Origin: Chthonomonadales bacterium
GTDB lineage: Bacteria > Armatimonadota > Chthonomonadetes > Chthonomonadales > Chthonomonadaceae
NCBI GenBank assembly: GCA_038217285.1
Contig: JBBQPO010000056.1
Location: 1-25,039, forward strand
DNA length: 25,039 nt
Direction: 5' to 3'
Shown: one piece after another, positions 19,542 to 25,039 of the stretch
How positions within the stretch are numbered: position 1 is the first letter of the stretch
Layout of the letters: the number at the start of each line of letters is the position of its first letter
Notes under the pieces: generated by a model
What the model saw: only the letters and a program-made list of their open reading frames with translations
What the model was told of the DNA's origin: nothing
The model's database searches: none
Program-made: the position numbers and the translations under genes

Positions 19542-19607
19542 CTTCTCAAATAGAATGATCCCGCAAATTTCGCGCTTGTTCGTGCGCGAAATGGAAAGGA
19601 TCAGGTT

Positions 19608-20900
19608 TTGCGGGAAAGGTTAAGAAAATCGATGAATCCACCGACCTATGGCGCTGTAGAGGAGATAACATCCGTCTGGTATGGCGGCGCGGCCGCAGCT
19701 ACCGCTGTCGTGAAGCGCGGACCTGTCGTGCCGCCCTTACCCAGCCTCGGCGCATCAACGCTCCTGCCGGGAACGCTGCTGGCAGGGCGCTATCGGCTGG
19801 AACAGTCGCTGGGCGAAGGTGCCTTCGCCCGCGTCTATGCCGCCTGGGACAGTGCGCTCCACCGCTGGGTGGCTGCGAAAATCTCCCCTTCGGCAACCGG
19901 CGGACAGCTCTCGGCGGGCGAAGCCCAACTCCAGGCCGCCTGTCAGCATCCGAACCTCATGCCCCTCTATGATGCAGGGAGCGACCCGCTGCTCGGCGTC
20001 GCCTACATCATCATGCCCCTCTATCCCGGCTCCGATCTGGCCGCCACTCTCAACCGCTATGGCCCCATGCCCTTCCGCACGGCCCTCCTCTGCACCGATC
20101 AGGTCTGCAGCGCCCTGGAGTTTCTCCAACAGCGGCGCAATGCCGTGCATGGCGACATTAAACCGGCCAACATCTGGCTCACCAACAGCGGCGCAGCCCT
20201 CCTCATGGATTTCAACCTCTATGGCCTGCTCACACAGGGTGACTGTCTCCGGGCCGGCACACCGGGCTATACCGCTCCCGAGGCCTTGATGGGACGGATG
20301 GACGCCCGTTCCGACGTTTTCTCCCTTGCCTGCGTCCTCTACCAGTGCCTTGCCGGAAGCCCTCCCTTCACCGACGATGCTGCGGTTCAGGCCGGACAGT
20401 TCACTCCGCTAAGACGCCTCCGCCCTGACCTGCGCCCGGAACTCGAAGCCGTCATTCATCGCGCCCTGGCCCGGCAGCCCGAGCAACGTTTCCAATCCGC
20501 ACGAGAGTTTCAGACCGCCCTACGCCGTCCCGACACTGCGGGTCTGGAGGGACGTATCGCTCTCAACACCATCTTTCGCACATTGATGAGAATCGCCCGA
20601 CAGCTCGGCCGCATGCTCGCCGCCGTCTATCGCCTTACCTGGCGGATGCTCACAAAGTTTCTGCGTCATGCCGTCCATCGCCCCCTCCCTGCCCTTATCG
20701 AAGCCGTCGTTTTCTGCATTCTCAGCCGCGCTGCGCTCGACATGGCGCGCCAAGCCGGCCTCTACTGGTGGAGGCTTCATCAAGGCGACGTAAAGACGGT
20801 CGCTTGGGGTGCACTCTCCCTTGGCGTCGTATCCCTCGTCGGCACGATAGCAAAACCATTTCTGACCCGTCGTAACGCGCAGAGGAGAGCAAAACAGTGA
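19608..20900 (+). CDS. Hanks-type Ser/Thr protein kinase with C-terminal membrane helices
   Basis: LGEGAFARVY, VAAK, HPNL, HGDIKPANI, MDFN, GTPGYTAPE, SDVFSLAC and PEQRF subdomain motifs; two hydrophobic C-terminal segments. Start TTG 19608 or ATG 19632. Confidence 0.92.
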   Translation: MRERLRKSMNPPTYGAVEEITSVWYGGAAAATAVVKRGPVVPPLPSLGASTLLPGTLLAGRYRLEQSLGEGAFARVYAAWDSALHRWVAAKISPSATGGQLSAGEAQLQAACQHPNLMPLYDAGSDPLLGVAYIIMPLYPGSDLAATLNRYGPMPFRTALLCTDQVCSALEFLQQRRNAVHGDIKPANIWLTNSGAALLMDFNLYGLLTQGDCLRAGTPGYTAPEALMGRMDARSDVFSLACVLYQCLAGSPPFTDDAAVQAGQFTPLRRLRPDLRPELEAVIHRALARQPEQRFQSAREFQTALRRPDTAGLEGRIALNTIFRTLMRIARQLGRMLAAVYRLTWRMLTKFLRHAVHRPLPALIEAVVFCILSRAALDMARQAGLYWWRLHQGDVKTVAWGALSLGVVSLVGTIAKPFLTRRNAQRRAKQ

Positions 20901-23770
20901 ACATCAACCGTCCCAAAAACGCCGTCAGCCCCGCCGACAACCGCGCCACTGTGGTCGTTGCCGCGGCCCAGGGCGTTCAGCTGCGTATCCTGAACGGACC
21001 GGAAGCCGGTCGCCTGATCCCCGCCACAGAATTTCCCTGCCGTCTCGGAAGAGGAGACAACTGTCGCGTCGTTCTTGCTGATCCCGACGACCCACCCGCC
21101 CTCTCTCGTGAACACGCCACCCTCTCCCGACCCCGGCGTCACGCGGGCGAAATTGTCGTCACCGATCACAGCCGCAACGGCACCTGCGTCGGCGGCCAAT
21201 GGCTCGCCTCCGGCGAGGCCGAACTGCTGATGCCAGGCGAAACGCTCCAACTCGGTCCTACCCTGCGCCTCCTTCGAGAACATGCGTCCGGCCCAACCTA
21301 TCCCGCGACGGTCATGGTCCCGGAGCAAAAAGCGCAGGATCTCCCGCCGCCTGTCCCTGCAGACCTCCGGGCATTTCTGACGATGCCCGAAACATTACAG
21401 GCAGCCTGGCGGCGAGTCGCCCTGAACCGGGGCGCAGCCGGGCCCGACAACGTCACCCTCCAGGAGTTCGCCCAGACCGCCGACCGCCGACTGACCGTCC
21501 TGCGCAGCGATCTGATGCGCGGACGCTACCAACCCCTGCCGCCCCGCCTGTTCGCCGCCCCCAAACGCAGCGGAGGCGTCCGCGCCATCGCCATCCTCTC
21601 CATCCAAGATCGCATTGTCCAGCAGGCCCTGCACTCCGCCCTCCAACCTCATCTGGAGCGCTTCTTTCCGCCGTGCAGCTATGCCTACCGCCCCGGCGTC
21701 TGTGCCCACCATGCGCTGCGCCGCGTCGATACTCTCTTGAGGGAAGGCCAGACCTGGGTCGCGGAAACCGACATCGCCGGCTTTTTCGACACGATCCAGC
21801 ACACGCTCCTGCTCGAAAAGCTCACGGCCCGTATTCCCGATCCTTTCCTCCTCTCCCTCGTTGCCCGCTGCCTGGCGGTCGGTGCCAGGGCTCCCGGCAT
21901 CGGTATCGCGCAGGGCGCAGCCACCTCTCCCCTCTTCAGCAACCTCTATCTCGCGGAGTTCGATGCCGCCATGCTCGCCGGGGGCTGGAACCCCGTCCGA
22001 TACGGCGACGATCTCCTGTTCCCCGTGCGCGAACGCCATCGCGCCAGGGCTGCGCTCGCCGAAGCCGAAGGCTTCCTGCGTTCTCGCCTGCATCTGACCG
22101 TCAAACCCGAGAAGACAGGTGTCGTCTGCCTCGCCCAGGGATTTACCTTCCTCGGCTTTCACTTCACCGAAGCCGGACGGCAGGCCGCGCCCCAGGCCGT
22201 CGCCCAACTCACCGAACGCCTGCAAGCGGCCACGCCCGAAGCGGCTCCTGCCATCGTTCGCGGCTGGAAAAACTATTTTGGAGCCGAGCCTGACTCCGTC
22301 ATGCCGCAGACTATAATAGAGGAACACATCCCTCCTACACCGCAGGCTGCCTCGGACTATGACGACCAGCCGCCTCGACCGGACGCCATCCCCCTGGTCT
22401 CATCCGCCTTCGCCGCGCTGGACGCCGCCGACATTGCGCGGTTCCTGGCCCTCTTCGGCGGACGCGAAGACCTCATCGCTCGGCAAAGTGGCCAGGGTAG
22501 CCGACCCCGCTTCACAGCGAGCCACGAAAGCCTGTCCCCTGAAAGTGTTCGCCGCCACCTCGCCGGCCTGGAGACCCTGGCCACCTACCTCGTTCGCCTC
22601 GATGGAACGGTTCGTCATCTTGTCTTCGACATGGATATTGCCCAACCACCTGGACGCCCTGCCGCGCAGGAGACCGAAGACCGGGAAGGCATTCAAGACG
22701 TGAAGGCCTTTGCCGAGGACATCTACCGTGTCTGTCGCTCCCTCGGTCTCCCTGCTTGCCTCGAAGACAGCGGTCGGCGCGGGCGGCATCTCTGGATCTT
22801 CTTCTCCGAAGGAGTTGCGCCGGAACGGGCACGGCGTTTGGCGCGCTTGCTATCGTTGCGCGCGGGCTTTCCCCGTGACGGCGTTCGGCTCGAAATCTTT
22901 CCTCGCCATACCGACTGGCCCGGCCCTGAACTGGGTGACGCCGTCAAACTCCCGTTCGGTGTCCATCCCGCCACGGGACGCCGCTGCTTCTTCCTGGATG
23001 CCTCCGGCGAGCCGATCCCGGATCCCGCCGCAGCGCTGGAGCGCATTCGAACCGTCTCCCCCGCAGAAGTGGAAGGACTCATTACCGTCCTCTCCCAGCT
23101 CGAAACCGCCGGAGCAACAGAGCAAAACCTGCCGCCACGAAAAGACACTGTCCCTCCAAGCGCCGTCGATAAACTGGTCTCCGGATGTTCCGTCATCCGG
23201 ACGCTGGTCCAGCGCGCCCAGCAGACCGGCCATCTGCGCCATACCCACCAGCTCATTCTTCTCTATACGGCCGGACGCCTCGGCCCCGAAGGCGCGGCCT
23301 TTCTGCATCGAACCATTGCCAACTGCCGCAACTACGACGCCGGCATCTGTCAGGGCTACATTGATCGCCTGGAACAGAATCATCCCCCACTCGGTTGCCG
23401 CCGTATCCGCGAATGGCTGGAGGAAGAGGGCGAATCCGCGCTCTGTACTTGCCCTGCCGCACGTCGAACGCCCCTCGAACTCACCACCACGGAAACCGTA
23501 GAGGACGCCCTCGCAGCAAAGCTGAAAAAGCCGCGTTCGCCCCGCGCCCAGGCCTGCCAGACACCGCTGCCCACCGAGGTCCACTCGGCTCTGTGGCAGG
23601 AAGTCGCCGACGATCTCTTCGCCGAGGAGACCGTCGAGACTGTCCTCCCTTCCCCAGATCCAGACGAGGCCTGTCTTTCACATGCGCAGGACGACGGTCT
23701 TTTTCTGCCGGATGATTTTAACGCCCAGGCGACGGAGGCGACGGAGCCTCAGAAGGAATTGGACCTATGA
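20897..23770 (+). CDS. FHA - group II-like reverse transcriptase - AEP primase-polymerase (CAPP) - Cys-rich PriL-like CTD fusion
   Basis: FHA: LGRG..C, LSREHA, SRNGT. RT: AWRRV..NRGAAGPD, PKRSG..R, DRIVQQA, SYAYRPG, DIAGFFD, GIAQG..SPLFSNLYL, RYGDD (22001-22012), FLGF, RGWKNYF. AEP: F.GRED, VFDMD (DMD at 22628-22636), EDSGRRGRHLWIFF, EIFP, VKLPFGVH. CTD: CSVI...CRNYD...C.RI...CTC. Confidence 0.88.
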   Translation: MNINRPKNAVSPADNRATVVVAAAQGVQLRILNGPEAGRLIPATEFPCRLGRGDNCRVVLADPDDPPALSREHATLSRPRRHAGEIVVTDHSRNGTCVGGQWLASGEAELLMPGETLQLGPTLRLLREHASGPTYPATVMVPEQKAQDLPPPVPADLRAFLTMPETLQAAWRRVALNRGAAGPDNVTLQEFAQTADRRLTVLRSDLMRGRYQPLPPRLFAAPKRSGGVRAIAILSIQDRIVQQALHSALQPHLERFFPPCSYAYRPGVCAHHALRRVDTLLREGQTWVAETDIAGFFDTIQHTLLLEKLTARIPDPFLLSLVARCLAVGARAPGIGIAQGAATSPLFSNLYLAEFDAAMLAGGWNPVRYGDDLLFPVRERHRARAALAEAEGFLRSRLHLTVKPEKTGVVCLAQGFTFLGFHFTEAGRQAAPQAVAQLTERLQAATPEAAPAIVRGWKNYFGAEPDSVMPQTIIEEHIPPTPQAASDYDDQPPRPDAIPLVSSAFAALDAADIARFLALFGGREDLIARQSGQGSRPRFTASHESLSPESVRRHLAGLETLATYLVRLDGTVRHLVFDMDIAQPPGRPAAQETEDREGIQDVKAFAEDIYRVCRSLGLPACLEDSGRRGRHLWIFFSEGVAPERARRLARLLSLRAGFPRDGVRLEIFPRHTDWPGPELGDAVKLPFGVHPATGRRCFFLDASGEPIPDPAAALERIRTVSPAEVEGLITVLSQLETAGATEQNLPPRKDTVPPSAVDKLVSGCSVIRTLVQRAQQTGHLRHTHQLILLYTAGRLGPEGAAFLHRTIANCRNYDAGICQGYIDRLEQNHPPLGCRRIREWLEEEGESALCTCPAARRTPLELTTTETVEDALAAKLKKPRSPRAQACQTPLPTEVHSALWQEVADDLFAEETVETVLPSPDPDEACLSHAQDDGLFLPDDFNAQATEATEPQKELDL

Positions 23771-24762
23771 TTACCCTCTATGTCAAGGAACAGGGAGCGG
23801 GCATCCGCCGATCAGGCCAGCGTCTTATCGTCTACAAAGGTGAGAGCATACTGCAAACCGTTCGCCTCCGGGAGGTAGAGCGCGTTGTCCTTATAGGAAG
23901 CATTGATGTGTCTGCATCGTCTCAGTTAGCGTTGCTGGAAGCAGGCGTCGAAACGGTGCTCCTTTCCTACGGCGGACGATTTCGTGGCAGACTCTGTCCG
24001 GCAGAAGGCCGCAACGTGTTTCTCCGGCAGACCCAGTTTCACCGCTACGACGACACCGCCTTTCGGCTCCGAATCGCGCAGACGCTCGTAGACGCCAAGA
24101 TTCGCAACGGGCGATTCGTATTGCAGCGTTATTATCAAAACCATGCGGAACCCGCGTTAGCGGCGGCTATAGAACGGATGCAGCGCAGCCGATTGCAAGT
24201 CCAAAAGCAGGCAAACATCGAAGCCCTCCTGGGCGTAGAAGGGGACGCCGCGCGGGTCTATTTCGCCGCATTCGGGGCCATGATGCGTGCAGAATTCGTT
24301 TTTACCCTTCGCTCTCGGCGTCCGCCCCGTGACCCGGTCAACGCCCTTCTGAGCTTCGGCTACACCCTTCTCACTACGGAACTCACGGGATCTGTGGCCG
24401 CGCAGGGCCTCGATCCCTATGTCGGAGTGCTCCATGATCTCGACTACGGTCGCCCCTCTCTGGCGCTCGACCTGCTGGAAGAGTTTCGGCAGCCGGTCAT
24501 AGATCGCCTGGTCCTGAGTCTGATCAATCGGGGCGTTATGAAACAGGCAGACTTCGACGATCGGGGTGAGGCAGGGGTTTGGATGTGCGACGAAGGGCGT
24601 ACCCGTTTTCTGGACTACTACCACCGTGCACTGGAGACGCCCTTCGAGGACAGAACAGTGGGCGGCAAAACGACATTTCGCGATCTTCTGATGCGGCAGG
24701 CCCAACGAATGCGAGCCGCGCTACAAGGCGAGAGTGAATACGAGCCTTATACTCCGCGATAA
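23767..24762 (+). CDS. cas1: CRISPR-associated integrase Cas1
   Basis: LLGVEGDAARVYF, RRPPRDPVNALLSFGY, GLDPYVGVLH and SLALDLLEEFRQPVID motifs; ATGA overlap with the upstream fusion gene. Confidence 0.96.
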   Translation: MITLYVKEQGAGIRRSGQRLIVYKGESILQTVRLREVERVVLIGSIDVSASSQLALLEAGVETVLLSYGGRFRGRLCPAEGRNVFLRQTQFHRYDDTAFRLRIAQTLVDAKIRNGRFVLQRYYQNHAEPALAAAIERMQRSRLQVQKQANIEALLGVEGDAARVYFAAFGAMMRAEFVFTLRSRRPPRDPVNALLSFGYTLLTTELTGSVAAQGLDPYVGVLHDLDYGRPSLALDLLEEFRQPVIDRLVLSLINRGVMKQADFDDRGEAGVWMCDEGRTRFLDYYHRALETPFEDRTVGGKTTFRDLLMRQAQRMRAALQGESEYEPYTPR

Positions 24763-24791
24763 TCTCCATAAGGAGACAAGAGGATCTGCCC

Positions 24792-25039
24792 ATGCCTCAG
24801 ACAACAAAAACGCGCTATGTCCTTTCCTACGATGTGACCGACGACAGCAACCGGACGAAATTGTCGAGGCTACTATTGGACTACGGCGAACGTATTCAAA
24901 AAAGTGTGTTCGAAGCCGATTTAAGCGCCGGAGAAATGCAGGAGATTCTGATAAAGGCGGCGAAATACCTTTCTGACAGCGACAGTTTGCGATTCTATCC
25001 CCTCTGTCGCACCTGCGCAGGGAAGGTAGTTTCCTTAGG
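24792..25039 (+). CDS. cas2: CRISPR-associated Cas2 (3' truncated by window)
   Basis: Hand translation: MPQTTKTRYVLSYDVTDDSNRTKLSRLLLDYGERIQKSVFEADL...DSLRFYPLCRTC; YDV, R.QKSVFE and DSLR.Y are Cas2 signatures. Not in the ORF track. Confidence 0.93.
   Translation, partial: MPQTTKTRYVLSYDVTDDSNRTKLSRLLLDYGERIQKSVFEADLSAGEMQEILIKAAKYLSDSDSLRFYPLCRTCAGKVVSL

Noticed and set aside
17210-19600. Recurring GAAAGG motif upstream of right-operon genes as a sigma-binding site
   Set aside because: Mostly positioned as Shine-Dalgarno sequences; too short to support an operator claim.
21360-22280. Group II intron, retron or DGR interpretation of the RT
   Set aside because: The RT is fused in frame between FHA and AEP domains next to cas1. 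I found no intron domain V/VI after it, no retron VTG motif, and noticed no TR/VR repeat pair.
17441-23584. Antisense and alternative-frame ORFs over the right operon (e.g. 17441-18712, 18852-19523, 21199-22293, 21395-22327, 22710-23501, 22850-23584)
   Set aside because: Expected from high GC codon bias; Arg/Pro/Gly-rich translations without motifs, fully overlapping better-supported genes.
24734-24976. 80-aa ORF in the track after cas1
   Set aside because: Wrong frame; the real gene is cas2 starting at 24792, missed because it has no stop inside the window.

Overview
GC-rich bacterial chromosome segment (housekeeping genes suggest an Armatimonadota-like organism; this is inference only). 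Left end (+): murA 3' end, mreB, an SLH-domain protein, a Zn-finger membrane protein and a TPR/twin aspartyl protease. Centre (-): a complete, lower-GC type III-D CRISPR interference operon: Can2/Card1-like CARF nuclease, HD-less Cas10 with GGDD, Cas7, Cas5-Cas11 (Csx10-like), Cas7-Cas7, Csx19, Cas7-insertion, a Cami1-like CARF-RelE effector and Cas6. Right (+), divergently transcribed: a densely structured ~280-nt non-coding leader, then a sigma70-like protein, a coiled-coil/4-TM membrane protein, a vWA-like lipoprotein, a membrane Ser/Thr kinase, an FHA-reverse transcriptase-primase/polymerase (CAPP) fusion, cas1 and cas2 (truncated by the window end). The main candidate novel system is this right-hand operon: a possible envelope-sensing, phosphorylation-controlled RT/primase-assisted spacer-acquisition module with its own sigma factor and a candidate ncRNA. 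No CRISPR array is visible in the window. All calls come from reading motifs by eye; no database search was run.
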